Assembly (NCBI GenBank): GCA_964057225.1
Contig: OZ059897.1
Span: 12,958,001 to 13,022,000 of the forward strand
Source: Auanema rhodensis
Lineage: Eukaryota > Animalia > Nematoda
Length of the DNA stretch: 64,000 nt
Direction: 5' to 3'
Shown here: positions 11,191 to 24,682 of the stretch, piece by piece
Numbering within the stretch: position 1 is the first letter of the stretch
Layout of the letters: each line of letters begins with the position of its first letter
Made by a program: the position numbers and the translations under genes
The notes under the pieces: model-generated
What the model was told of the DNA's origin: nothing
Databases searched by the model: none
Seen by the model: the letters and a program-made list of their open reading frames with translations, nothing else

Positions 11191-14100
11191 TTAATCTTTT
11201 CTTCTTTTTTCTCGTTCCTGTTGAGTAGGAGGAGGAGGTGTACCTTTCTGATGAAGTTGATCAATATAATCATCAAGAACTCTATCACGTTCAGTGGAAC
11301 TGTGCTCAGTCATACGCATCCATCTCTTATCATTCTAAAATTAAAACTACATAAAACAGATGCTTAACAGATATCAAACCTCAAGAATAGCGTAAATGTC
11401 TTTAATATGTTGCTCGTTTTCTTCCATCAAGCGCTTACTCTTATAAGTAATTATTTTAGTCTCCCTGAGAAGTTCTTTGAAATCTTTCACAATTTTATCG
11501 TGTCTTTCATCTTGCCATTCACGGAAATCTCTTTCAACTTTCTGAAAAACGAAAATGAAAAGAAACATAATAAGGTTATTCTTACTCTATCACTATTGCT
11601 AATAACTTTAGTGAACGTTTCTTCTTCATCCTGGATAATACGGCGAGCATCTTTCCATCTCATTTGGGTATTAATCTTTTGATGATCATCCAAAATGGCA
11701 TAGAAGGCAACACGCCGCTTTTTCTCCAAAACTCTGAAAGAAAAGCGAAATATAAAATATATTTATAAAAGGATTACCGGGAATGATCATTGAAAAGCTT
11801 TTCCTTTTTATCTTTGTCCAACAAATCACAGTTTGAATAACGTTCATCTTTTCTGAGCACACGACGAGCTTCATGCCACGAAATATCAGCTTGCTTTACC
11901 TAAATAAAAACATTGAAACAATATGAAGAACAAGTAAAATACCAAATCCATCATCAAAGCTCTGAATCTCTCTTCATGCTCGAGCAGACGATGACGCTCG
12001 CTTTCTTTATCACGTTCGCGCAATTGGTCACCCAATGTTGCCTCAACTTCTCTTTGACGAGCAGCAATAGCTTGTTCAGCAGCAAGTCGCTTCTCACGAG
12101 CTTGTTCTTCCTCGATGTCCTAAACAGATTTTAAACATTATTTTATACTAGATGTTCAAAAATTAATTCAAGGGTCATAATTCTTTCAGAATCGAAAGAC
12201 ACAATTTATAAAATAGCAAGTGCAAAAAATGAAAATGAAAAAGAAATCGAAAACAAAAACAAAATATATCATAAAAGGTAGACTTACAGAAAGACTTTCG
12301 TCACCCAGCTTATCGACATAATCTTTGAATAATTGTTCACGTGTGGAAGAACTATCTACATTCTGAATGAAAATGTTATTAACGAAGTATAAAAAAATCA
12401 CTTACTTTATAACGGGGGTCCTCCTCCAAAGATTTTTTAATATTAGACCATTTTGACTTGCGTGTTAAGCTAAGACTCACAGTATGCTCTTCCAAAAGAG
12501 TAACAAATTCTTTCTTTGCCTAACATAAATATTAATGAAAATGGTTGTACAATTTTTTTACCTTTTCACGTTTTTCTCTTTTCTCTTCTTTTTCTTTTTT
12601 GTGCAAATCGCCAACGAAGTCATTGAAAAGATCTTCCTTATCTCTCATTTTGTCAACAGACTTGAATCGGGGATCCTTACCAAATTTGGAAGAAAAAGAT
12701 GAAAAGGACGATCTGCATAGATAAATTGCGATTAAAACAGAATTTCTGACTAATTAATCCTTACTTTCCATGAAGCTCAGCTTCCTTTAATAACTCTGTG
12801 AACTTATCACGAGCTTCTTTTTGTTTTTTCTTTTTCTCTGCTCGTTCAACATCGGCTTTTTCACGGACATAAGCTTCGAAAGACTGAATAACAATTGTAA
12901 AACAATACGTATATGAAGAGAGCAAAACTCACGGCTCTTCTTTCAGTCGCACTAAGTAAAAGATAACGAGGATCAAACACGATTTTCGACAATTCCTTTT
13001 CAAATGTGCTTCCGGTAGAGACACCTTTTTCGGCTAACATTTCTTTAAACTGTCTGAGTCTATCTTCTAATGGCATCTGAAAAGGAAGAGATATTGAAAT
13101 ATAATTCTCAATGAAAAAACCTTTTCTCTCTCTCTTTGAGCCTGAAGTTCAGCTTGCACTGCTGGGTCAATGGGCTTTTCCAACATTTGTCGAACTGGTT
13201 TTTCTTTTTCTTTCTTAGATTGAGCCATAAGCGCTTCTTTCTTCTTTTCAGCTCTACTCTTCTTTTTTGGTGGTCCTCCAATTTCAGTATCGCTTTCAGA
13301 TTCCGATTCTCCCTCCTTCAGTTCTTCTAAAAACATAAATACAAATTGGAAATACAAGAAAAAAAACCTTTCTTAGTTTCTGGTGGTCGTGTTACGAGTA
13401 AGTCAATGTCTGGACGATTGTACAAATCTGGGGGGCGATCCCACACAGAACACTTTGTAGAAGGATTATAGAAGAATACCTTGCCATCTCCAGTCCATAC
13501 AACACACCAAGGAGTTCCAGGAACAGGAGTACTGCTGATTGGACGCGAAGAATCTTTTTTCTCATCTCTCTTTTTGGCTTGCTCATTGGGATCAAACATT
13601 TGACGTCGTTGCTAAAAAAAATTTCAATCAAGTTAGGCCTAAAATAAATCTTACTTGTTCTAGATATGCGTTGAGAGCCACATGGGCTTTAGCTTGTGCT
13701 TCCGCTACAGCACTAGACACAGGATCGTCGTTCACAACGGCCTTCTTCTCTTCTCTAGCACCTAAATGAGAAAGGGTAAGGTTGAAAAATAGAAAAAAAA
13801 AAGAAAGAAAAGTTTTTTACTTACCTTCACGCTCAGCAAATGCTTTAGGCTTTTCCCATGTGTTCTCTTGGGTAACGGAATTGAAATAGTATTTTCTACC
13901 ATCAGGAGCAGAAAACTCAGACCAAGCATCATCTGCACCAGAAGCCGCTGCTCCAGCCCCACCCATGTAATTCATCCCATATCCATACCCCGCTATAACA
14001 AAGTATTACTACAAACATTTTATTTCTAACATACCTCCGCCAGCTGTACCATTTTGTCCATAGCTAGCAGCAGCCGCATTATTTCGTTCTGAAATACAAA

Positions 14101-15556
14101 TTGTTAGAGAAACAAAAATTTAGTAAAATTTTCAGCCCCCCTCTCACAATTATATTATAATAAACGCGCTCTTGAAAAAATAAAGAAAAGGAAGAGAAAG
14201 GATAGACATTGGTTTGGTTGTGTCAAGCTGATAAGAGAAATAGACTTTACTCTATAGCGCTATCGAATGCAGTGAACCATGAGTACGATGATGTGGTAGA
14301 AACGGCTTCCTTCGGCAACCAAATTTCATTGTCGAGACTTTAAACAACTAAAGATTAGCTGACTGTAGAGGACAGAACGCGACAAATTTTGAAAACTTTT
14401 TGCTTTTTCAAGAACTTAGACCTTTCACCCAGTCTCCACATCCATCATTGTACGAATTCGTCATCGTCGCAAAAATTCAATAAGACCTCGAATAAAATCT
14501 TACCTGAATATCCTGAAAACCCCTACCAAGTTACGTTAACTAAAAAAACCTACAGGAATTGTAAATCTCACCTTCTTGCTCTAACCTTCCCTCTTCAGTA
14601 GCTCGCTGAACAAGGTCGGCTAGTTGTGTTTGATCGATCACCTTGGCGTTTGCAGGCTTCTCCCAAACTGTTTCCCTAGTAATGGCATGGTAATAATATT
14701 TCTTTGAGCTATCTTGAGTTTCCGTTTCCACCCAAAGCTCTTCGTCTCCTACGCAACCGGCTAACTAAAGAAAAAAGGAATAATAGACATACTGGTAAAA
14801 AAAACTAACTCTTTTAATTCTAGATTCCTGATCAGATTCTTGCGAAGCACCTTGAGATCCATAACCGAACCCTGCTGTATTGGCGGCAACCGACGTCGTA
14901 GATGCTGGAGTAGGGAAAAAAGTGCGGCCTGGCTGATAACCTGGTCTGGTTGGTGGAAAACCACGACCACGAAAATTAGGAGGAAAACCTCGTCCCCTCA
15001 TAAAAGGTGGAGCTAAAAATTTTAAGATAATATTAAACTGCAGATCAAAAATGACCTCCGCGACCCCTGAAGAATGGAGGTACACCAGGCGGCGCCCCAC
15101 GACCTCTAAATGCCCCGAACGATGGTCTAAAAGCACAAGTTCGATTCAAAAAAAATAGACCATGCTAGCACCTGAATCCTCCTCTACCCCCACGTTGTGC
15201 AGCGCCATCCCCTTCAGCACAATCTTCGCTATATTCACCTTCTCCGCTTCCATATTCATAATACTCATCACCATACTCTCCATCTCCTTCAGCGTACTCC
15301 TGACCATGATAGTCGCCTTGCTCCATGTCAACTAAAACCTTTGCGTAAAAAAACAAAATGCATATCCCCAAACAGCGGCAGGCAACATTATATTAATTAA
15401 AGGTGCTTCATAGACAAATTAAATACTAAAAAAAAAAGTACCAGGATAAGATTCATCATCAGGTCTCTGCTCTCCTGCTGCCTTCTCATGGTCGTTTGAA
15501 TCAGATATTCCATGTTCTCCTGGAGTGACCTGATTTTCGTTATTTTCGACCTCCAT
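11191..15556 (-). CDS. tcer-1: Transcription elongation regulator TCERG1/CA150 (WW and FF domains)
   Basis: Start MEVENNENQ at 15556, acidic then RGG-rich N-terminus. Three WW domains ([17 protein letters not shown]; [19 protein letters not shown]; [28 protein letters not shown]). FF repeats ([32 protein letters not shown]; [15 protein letters not shown]). Ends [15 protein letters not shown]. Confidence 0.95.
14504..14512 (-). CDS. Candidate 9-nt microexon (adds GYS) in the long TCERG1 intron 14089-14571
   Basis: ttttcag|GATATTCAG|gtaag. Consensus acceptor and donor, frame-preserving in the phase-1 intron. Confidence 0.65.
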
Positions 15557-15943
15557 TCTGGAACAAATTTATTAATTTCGAAATTATAAACCATTTCAAA
15601 TCAGAGGAATTTGTAAACGTTTATCAAACTTTAATTAGTACTTAAGTTTTATAAATAATAAATGCATCAATAAATATCCAATACAAAGAAAAATTAACTT
15701 TAGAGCCAAATTCCTTAATTCAAATCCGCCAAAATTCAAAAACATGACGTCAGTCTTTAAACGCTAGCGTCGCTGCGCTCATAGCAACCAGCACTAAGAG
15801 ATTTCGCATTGGTTCACTTTTTAGCTATAGGGCATGCCAGGTTGTTGCTTGTTCTAACAGGCTTTAATTTTCTTATGAAAGATTTCTGTTTTCCCAATTG
15901 TGAACCATTGTGTCCCAATTAAGAATAATATGCGGAAATTCAG
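15557..15943. promoter_or_regulatory. Bidirectional promoter between TCERG1 and ALG8-EndoV
   Basis: Divergent ATGs about 390 bp apart. Perfect CRE TGACGTCA (15745-15752), palindrome ACGCTAGCGT (15761-15770), E2F-like CCGCCAAA (~15726). Confidence 0.6.
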
Positions 15944-18900
15944 ATGTTTGGTAATTTACCATTATGGAACATAGTATGGATTACGATTTCTGTCTTGGTA
16001 GCAATTAAAGTTCTTCTAATACCATGTTATTCTTCAACAGATTTCGAGGTATATTTATTGCAAAAAAATGCGATAGATCCAAAACATTAAGGTCCATCGG
16101 AATTGGATGGCTATTACGTTTCAAAAGCCTTTAGATCAATGGTATTTTGAAAAAACTTCTGAATGGACCCTTGACTATCCTCCATTCTTTGCCTATTTTG
16201 AATGGGGTCTTGCTCAATTAGCTTCAAAGCTGAAATTAGATTCTATATTGCAAATAAGCAAGGAAGCAATAATAAATAAAGAAGTGCTGATATATCAAAG
16301 ACTTACAGTTATTTTCTGTGATTTCATATATGTGAGTTATCTTACTAATATGAAAGGAAATACAAAATTCTGCAGATGTTGTTGTGTTACCTGTTTGCTG
16401 CTAAGTATTTAGAAGTATCTGATACATTACCTAAGAAGATTATAGGAAGTATAAGGTTTAGTTTGGCTTCAGTATATGTTGATGATATTAAAATTAAGAG
16501 TGACCTTATTTGTACTTCTAGCAGCCAATTCAGGATTGGTTATGGTGGATAATATCCATTTCCAATATAACTCATTACTCACAGCTTTAGTTATTTTGTC
16601 AACATTACTTGTTAGTAATAGATGTTTCATTTTGGTTAGTTCAGTAAAATCAAAAGTCCAAGTACATCACAATTACAGGGAGCTCTCACTTTCTGTTCTC
16701 TTTTGAATTTCAAACATATTTATCTATATTATGGCCCTGCATTTGCTGTGTATTATTTGAAAAATTATTTCGAGCTTAAGCAATTTTCCGCATCAAAAAC
16801 GTTATCAACTGTATGGAAAGGTAAAACAAGATATGTAATACTTTAAAATAATGTTTTCTATTAATACAGGTGTGGTATTGGGTATTACCATGGTGTTACC
16901 ATTTTTAGCTAGTCTTGGTCCTTTCTTCTTAAAAGGTGGTGTTGAAGGTTTAATGCAAATTATTAGTCGGTTGTTCCCTGTTTCACGAGGTAAATAGAAT
17001 TCAAAAGGCTTGAATTATTTTTTTAGGCTTAACTCATGCCTATTGGGCTCCAAACTTTTGGGCATTATATAACTTTGTCGATATGGTTTTATATAGGATT
17101 TTAAAGGTGTTTAAAGTTGAAGGGCTCAAACCTTCATCATATAGTTCTGGCTTAGTACAGGTTCTCATATTGCTCCTGCTAAAATTTAGAATTTTCTTTT
17201 TTAGGAACATTCTCATTCTGTATTACCATCGATAACCCCTATCATATCACTGGCGTGCATTATATACAGTTTAGCTCCCTTCATTCTACTATTTTTACAA
17301 GTATTTGAGATAATAATATTTGGATTTTTTAATATATGCTGTATTTTTCAGAAGAAAAAGGATTTGTTTTCTCTTTACTTAGTAATATCAGCTTTATCTT
17401 TCTTTTACTTTGGATATCATGTACATGAGAAAGCTTTACTACTAATTTCTATCCCTCTTATTATAGTCTCACTAACAGTAATTTTAAATTATTAATAATT
17501 TGAATGAAATTCATATATTTCAGAAACCGAAATTCATTCCTGTATCAATTATGTTGTCAACCATTACATCATTTTCATTGTTTCCCTTATTGTTCACTAC
17601 TTTCGAAATTTTCATCAAATATGGTTTAGCTGGTGCTTACCTTTCACTATCTCTTTTTTTGTACAGGTATCTATTTCTCAAATTACTTAATAACTCTAAA
17701 ATACGATTTTAAAGTTAACAATCAATTAGTTAGCATAGAATTTCATTTTTCAGTCAGTCTTATAAATTGCGCATACATCATTTCTTGCCAACATGGGTTA
17801 TCTTGTACATTACCGGCTTAGGAATTGTGGAGTTCTATAATTCATTTGTACATAAGGTAAATGGTTTTAGTTTCATCATATTATTTGGTGATTATTAAGT
17901 ATTTATTCGACAATGGATTGGAATTTTTCCCCCTTATGATGATTTCGGTGTATAATGCTATTGGAGTATCTATATGTTATGTTTGGATTTTGAAACTCTC
18001 AATAGAAGAGGATTCTCTCATATTCTTAAAAAAGAAGAAATGTGAAGTTCGAGAGGTATCAAAATAAAAAAATATATATTATTTTTTCAATTTTTAGGCT
18101 CTAATAAGAGATGGAGCTTTCCCTGTTCAGTCTGTCGAATCAATTGAAGAAGTTCAAATCATTGGAGGAGTAGACATATCAACATCAAAAATTAATCCTG
18201 AATTAGGAATAGCAACTTTATCTATTTATAGTTTTCCTGATTTCAAGGTATTTTCTTTATGCTTGCTGCTGCATTCCAAATCTGTATTTAAGCTACTAAT
18301 GACTTACGATGAATCTGTCTTTATTACTGAACCTTACATCAATGATTATCTTGCATTAAGGCTTGTTAAATATATTTTTCTTTATAATTTCTCATTATAG
18401 GGAAGCTTTACCAGTATCTGAAATGGTTAGAAGTTTTGTTTCTAAATATCCGAACCTTCGACCTGATATTATTCTATGTGATGGAAACGGCGAATTCCAT
18501 TCAAGAGGTCTATCTAATAAATTTTTAGTTTTTATTTAACATAATTAGGATGTGGTGTTGCTTGTCATATAGGAGCATTATCCGGAATTCCAACGATAGG
18601 TGTAGCGAAAAAGTTGAATATATCACTTTTAAAACACCTAGGAGCTAATGATAAAACAATTGAAGAGGCTGAAAAGGTAGATATTTATTCTGTATATTTC
18701 TCATAATAACTTTATGCTTGTAGTTCATAGAAAAAGTTGCAAATGAGAAAAGCAGCGGCTTTGTTGCTTTCGATTTTATCAGGCCGACAGTGCTGAATAT
18801 TATCCGCTCTGAAGGATCAAAGGTAAACCACAATTTAATATTGTGTTTTCATATAGTTCATAGATGCCTTTATTTGTATCGGCTGGGTATGGTATCGATC

Positions 18901-19064
18901 TCGATTTGGCAACAGAAATAGTTATCAAAAGTGCAAAAACAAAAGTTTGTGAACCTATTAGGGCGGTAAGTTTATCCACCAAAAATTTGAAACATTCGAA
19001 TGAGAGTCCATTTCAGGCTGACTTATTGTCACGTCAAAAGATTCGAGAGTTTTATGACGATTAA
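15944..19064 (+). CDS. ALG8: ALG8 alpha-1,3-glucosyltransferase fused in frame to a C-terminal Endonuclease V domain (from 18098)
   Basis: ALG8 motifs [69 protein letters not shown] and FGYHVHEKA. After the phase-0 intron 18056-18097 come EndoV motifs [59 protein letters not shown] and EPIRAADLLSR. Confidence 0.9.
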
Positions 19065-22000
19065 CATTGTTAATCTTTTTTTCATTGTATATAGAAATTT
19101 TATTTATTATTGTTCCTTTATTAGACCATTAATTGCGTGTAAGAGTCTGAATTTATTTCATTCCTGTTGTTGCTATTGGGTTTCTGTTACATAAACTGAT
19201 TTTTTGTTAGTTTAAAAGTTCGATCAAAAACTATGGAAATGAAAAATATTAAAGCGCAATGAGCAATAGAAAAAACTAAATGTTGATCGGGTACTATGAG
19301 GAGACCAGATGGTAACATTTCATTAATATCTTATAGTTATTTGTTTTATGAGAGAAAATGTGAAAACCACACTGCTAAGATATCTGACTAGTCTAACAAC
19401 AAACTGACAATTTTTATTAATTGGATTGGAGTGTTTCTTATTTCTAAGTTTGTTTTAACAAAATTTAAAGTATTTCCTCAAATTGTTATCTTTTTTTGCA
19501 ATCTAACAATATTTTAAGAGCAAAATCTTATTATTTCCTTGATTTTTCCAAAACATGCCGACAATGAGTTTTTGAGCCTCATAAATTTAAAACCTTTACC
19601 AATTTGGCTGTTGAAATTGAAATTAAAACCACTACTAATTTCCGGTTCAACAGTAAGTTATGTTGAGAAAAGAAAGACGAAAACGCAACGAAAAAATACA
19701 AACCGACGAAATGATAAATAATGCATAAATTGACTACATCCGTTGAACTAGTCGAGTTGCATCAAATGATACACATAGGTTTAAGAAGTATCAAAACTTT
19801 TTAAAACTGAAGGATTATTTATAGAATATTCGAAATGTTTGTTCATTTCCCTCCGCCGTTTAATTTTGTTTTAATTGTTTGTAAAACAACATAACAGATT
19901 GTAGAAAAAGCATAGAACGATGTGTTACAGCTGTAGCTTTAAGATTAATTTTTCGATATTAAACAAGTCAGAGTCTAAATATTTCTTGGCTCCATTTCAT
20001 TTAACTACTATTCGAAAATATTCTCAAGAGAAATAGAAAGTTAAGATTTTGTAGATGAATGACTTAAAGTCTTTTAATATGCTTATATAAAATCTTAACT
20101 ACATTGAAAATGCCTTTTAATTTAATTGAAAGCCTGTAAAATATATTTGGAAAGCAACAGCTGGCTACTTTGAAAATGAAACCTTAATAGTTTGGTTATT
20201 GGTAAGATATAGGAACTTGCGTGATAGATCATCATAAGATTCGTTAGACTCTATTGAAAAAAGATGACGATGCTGTGACTAAAAGTCTCCGTAACTTTCA
20301 TCGTATATCATTTTCTAATAATAATTATCATCAACATTGTCATTTAATTTATTTGAAATATGCAGTGTCAAGAATATGGAAGAAATTTCGAGAATACATT
20401 TTCTTGAATATGTGTTCTTTTAATCGTTTTTGATACATAGGTTGAGATCTTGGCTCTAAAACTTAATATGAGCATATTTCTTTGAACATTCGTATTTCTT
20501 AATTTGCTAATACGTGAATATATACATAAGAAGGCGTTTTTACGTGAAATTCATTGGAAAATCGGTATGCGCATAAAGCGGTTGAGTTTTCATTTCTTTA
20601 TCCCATTTTCGCGATTTATGTTCTGCAGAATTGAGCATTTTCCATTTTAAAGCTAAAAGCGGTCATTTATATTGAAATATTCTACAAGAACAGATGCTTA
20701 GACAGTGAATAAGGAATTTCAATAGGAAGCTAGACTTAGTTCCCGTCTTTCAGGAGACAGGTAGACTTCATAAATCATCAAATGTCCCAACGTATGCTGG
20801 AACCAGCTTGCAGGAAGTTGTTTCGCAAAGATTCTGAATTTAGACATATGATATTTATTGGCAAGATATAATTGCCGACGGTCGTTGTCGTCCAACGGAA
20901 ATCTTGTCGTCGTTGCTCCATGTTGGAGCTGGCTTCACCTTTCTTTTTTTTTATTTCAAACAATTACCGTATATAGTCATACTTAAAATTTGCGTTATGT
21001 TACCGGTGCAAAGTTGTATGTGATGTGACCTAAATATTTAATTCAGCAATATCTGAACTTCATTAAGTTCAAGAATGTTTGCCAGTTAAATACAACATTC
21101 ATCTCAAAATGTTGAAGTAATAATATAATTCTAAAGAAAAGAAGAACGAGCAATAAAAGAATCTGCGGAAAAACTTCAAAGTACGGGGAAATGATCAACC
21201 ATAGTGCATTTATCTCCGAGCAACTGATGTATCAGTTAGAATTCTAAAGGCATGACATTAATTAATATAGTCAGTTTTTCAAAACTTTAAATTTTGTCCA
21301 GATGTGCCATCTTTCTCTTTGCTTTTTTTTATTTTTCCGTATCGTATTGAGTTAGGAATTAACAATTTCAGTATTATCTGTTTAACCACTGTTCCACAAA
21401 GTTTGTTTGGTATATCCATTAACATTGATAGTCTTATTTTGCATATTCATTTCATCGTTCAAAATTTCATGTTTTATAGCATTCTCATTTCAAATATTCA
21501 GTTCTCTTACTTAGTTTACTGTTTCCAAAATGATAAAAAAAGAAAATGGCAGGCCATATGAACTGACTTTTCGGAATATGACCGGTTCAATATAGTCTGG
21601 CGTGTTCTTCAATTTCGTCAAAAATGCATAAAGTGACAAGAACGGCTTCTCATCTATAGGTCCGTTTTTGGTAAGCTAAAGTCACACAACTTCGAAGTGT
21701 GTCAATTTTGATGATAAGCAAGCGGCACAGAGAGAAAACGACGTCGTTGCTTCACAATATGCATATGCATTGACAAATGCTTGTCTCATTTCCCGGACTT
21801 CATTTGACTTAAAACTCATTCGGTTTCATCGCTGTATCAAAACGATAAACCATGGCATATATTTTTCCAATTTTCAATCATTTTAAGTCACATTTGATTT
21901 AATAACATATAGTTAACTAATGAAGAAACATTTAACGGTTTGATTGTAGATATTTAGATTTCATGTTTTTCCTTCAAAGCTTGAATTATTCTAAAAAGAA

Positions 22001-24682
22001 TACATGTGTATCTTGAAGTAAGTGCCTTGTTCAAATGAGCCCGCCCATTCCAAGGTACTACCTACTTCCCACAAAACCAGTTTCGCATCGACGAATAACT
22101 CGAAGCTTTTTGACTGCAAAAAATCTTACCGTAATCCTAAGTTACGAATGATCAGATTGAACGTTTCTATGTAGTATCTTTATTATTTTCATATGCTTAG
22201 ATAGAAATATAATGATTATTATACGAATATTTTGAATCATCAAAGGTCATATCCAAATGTTTTTTTGCTTTTTTTTGTTTTTGAATTTTCACTATATTTA
22301 CTTTTGAGTCTGAAGTTATTAATATACATGTATTTATGTATATTTTTTGAAAAATTGGTGTTTTTTGAAAATATGAAAAGTTAATATCTTTTCTCTTATT
22401 TTCTTCCTAAGTTTGATTCATTTCAAATAAAAACATTGTGGAAATCGTTCACATTATTCACATTGTGAACGAAGAAATTAATCAAGTTCTCGAAAAAAAC
22501 TAAAAATTTAGGTTCATCACTGCGTTTTTCACATCAGTTGTACTTAAGCAAAAACGCTATTAGGCTATTTTTCACGGTTTCAAAGAGTTTCCGACATACA
22601 TAGTCTGAGAGCAGATGTTCAACCTAGTCTTTTATACATAGATAGGTATGTAAAAAGCTTGAATAGATCTTTCTAAAGTCACCAGTAACACTTTTCTCAA
22701 AACAGAGGAGTGATAAATGAATTTTCTGGGCATTCTCATAATATCTATTTAGTTTCCATATGTTTTCTAAGCTGATTTTCATATTGTTTTATCTATTCAA
22801 TCTAATTTAACATATATAAACGTTTATATTACAAATTCATTTCTTTTTTAGTTAAGATATTAAGTTTTCAACCATTTTCTATCTCATTCCATTTCTATCA
22901 TTTAAAGTTAAAACATCAACTATATATTATATTTGAAATATCATCATTGATTAAATGCATTTTTTAAAAATTTGCAAAAAAAAAGACCAATAGATATTAA
23001 GCTTTATAATACACGTATGTCATATAACTAACTGCTCCAAGTCATTCAATTCAAGAAAGCTTGAAGTCTTAAAATTTCGGAGAGCTGGTTACGGTAGTTT
23101 GACGAAAATGGCAAGGGAAGTGACGGCAACAGAGCTCTGACTTTTTAGCTCTCCCCTTTCTTTCTCTCTCTATCTTTCAATTCGTTTGAGTTATAACAAA
23201 GCTTTTAAAATAGGGTTAGAGTGATCGCAATTAGAAATGCCCTCAAGATATTTCCTTCTTGAAATCTGTACACACATATTTATGCTTCTCAAAATTTTTC
23301 ACTAACTTGATTGAAAACGAAAAAAATCTACTCCTTGATATATGATTCATAGTTTTCTTTAAAGAATACTGTATTCTGCTAAAATTTTATATCTCTTCGT
23401 CTTTTTTTTTCAAAAAAAATATCTTAAACTTATGAATTTTAAATTGGTTCCTTTCTTAGGTTAAGGATCAGTTAAATAGTATATACATATGTGTTCAATG
23501 TATAACGGAATTTTGAACAAGTTTTGAAATATAATGTATAAATAAATAAAAATATAAATTGTATTTATTACAAAAATTAATTTATTAAATCTTTTTATCA
23601 TAATAAAGCTAGACTATATATCCTATATGCCCTATATTTCCTATATTTCTCCAATATTCTTTACTTTTCAAACGAATTGTATGACTGTATTACTTCCTTT
23701 TAATCATTTCCTTATACAATAATACAAAATTTGTTCAAAATTTATACTTGAACTTGATTATTATCCGATTTTTTTGAGAAAAATATTAACTTCCTTTTAC
23801 GAGATTGGACAGCTTTTTTGACGATTAGGGAACATGCACAGAAAGTAACTTCTACAACGTTTCAGAATCTTTGGCTTTTAATTTGCCCATTTCAGAACAG
23901 AATAAGAATTTCCTTGAAAGGAAACGAAGCGCGAAGCTTTAAGTGTTTCAACAATTTTCACAACCCATTAAGTAGCTAAGCTAGTTGCGATTGAGCTTGA
24001 TGTATGCTCATAGCGAAGATGTTAACTCCTGGTCATTATCTTCTGTTTCAATTTCAACAAATTACGTAAATTTAACTTTATGTTGCAAAAAGTTTTTTGA
24101 ATTATACTATAAAAGTACATTCAATTAAATAAAAAATAATAACATATGTTAATGATATGTTGCAAATTGTTGAAATATCATACGGTAGAAATGCATTATA
24201 AATCTTAAACTTTTGAAAAATAATATTTCTTTTAACTTTGTTTTTAAGAAATGTTGAAAGCTTGAGTTTATATAGTTTAATTTAATGAATATTTTCGAAG
24301 AATCTTAGATGACATTTGTTAAATTTGCTCTAACTTAATCAACGTTTATTCAGCTTTTAATTTTATTTCATAAGAATGTATGTTGACATTGACTTAAAAC
24401 AAAACGAATATTCTATAGTTTTTAAGAAACAAAATTTAGAGAAATAGTCATTTCTCATGTGAATCAAATCATCAATACATATTTGAGATTTAAGTTAAAT
24501 TGACAATGTTGACAGCAACAAACACTTGAATATAGTAGAACACAGTACCATTTTCTATTCAAAAATAAAATAAAAACTATCTTTAGTCTATTGGTTGTTA
24601 GTTTATTTCAAATGAATTCCATTTTCGTGTCAATAAGGTATTAGATATATTAACCATTCGTATTTTAAAGCTTAAGATAGCA

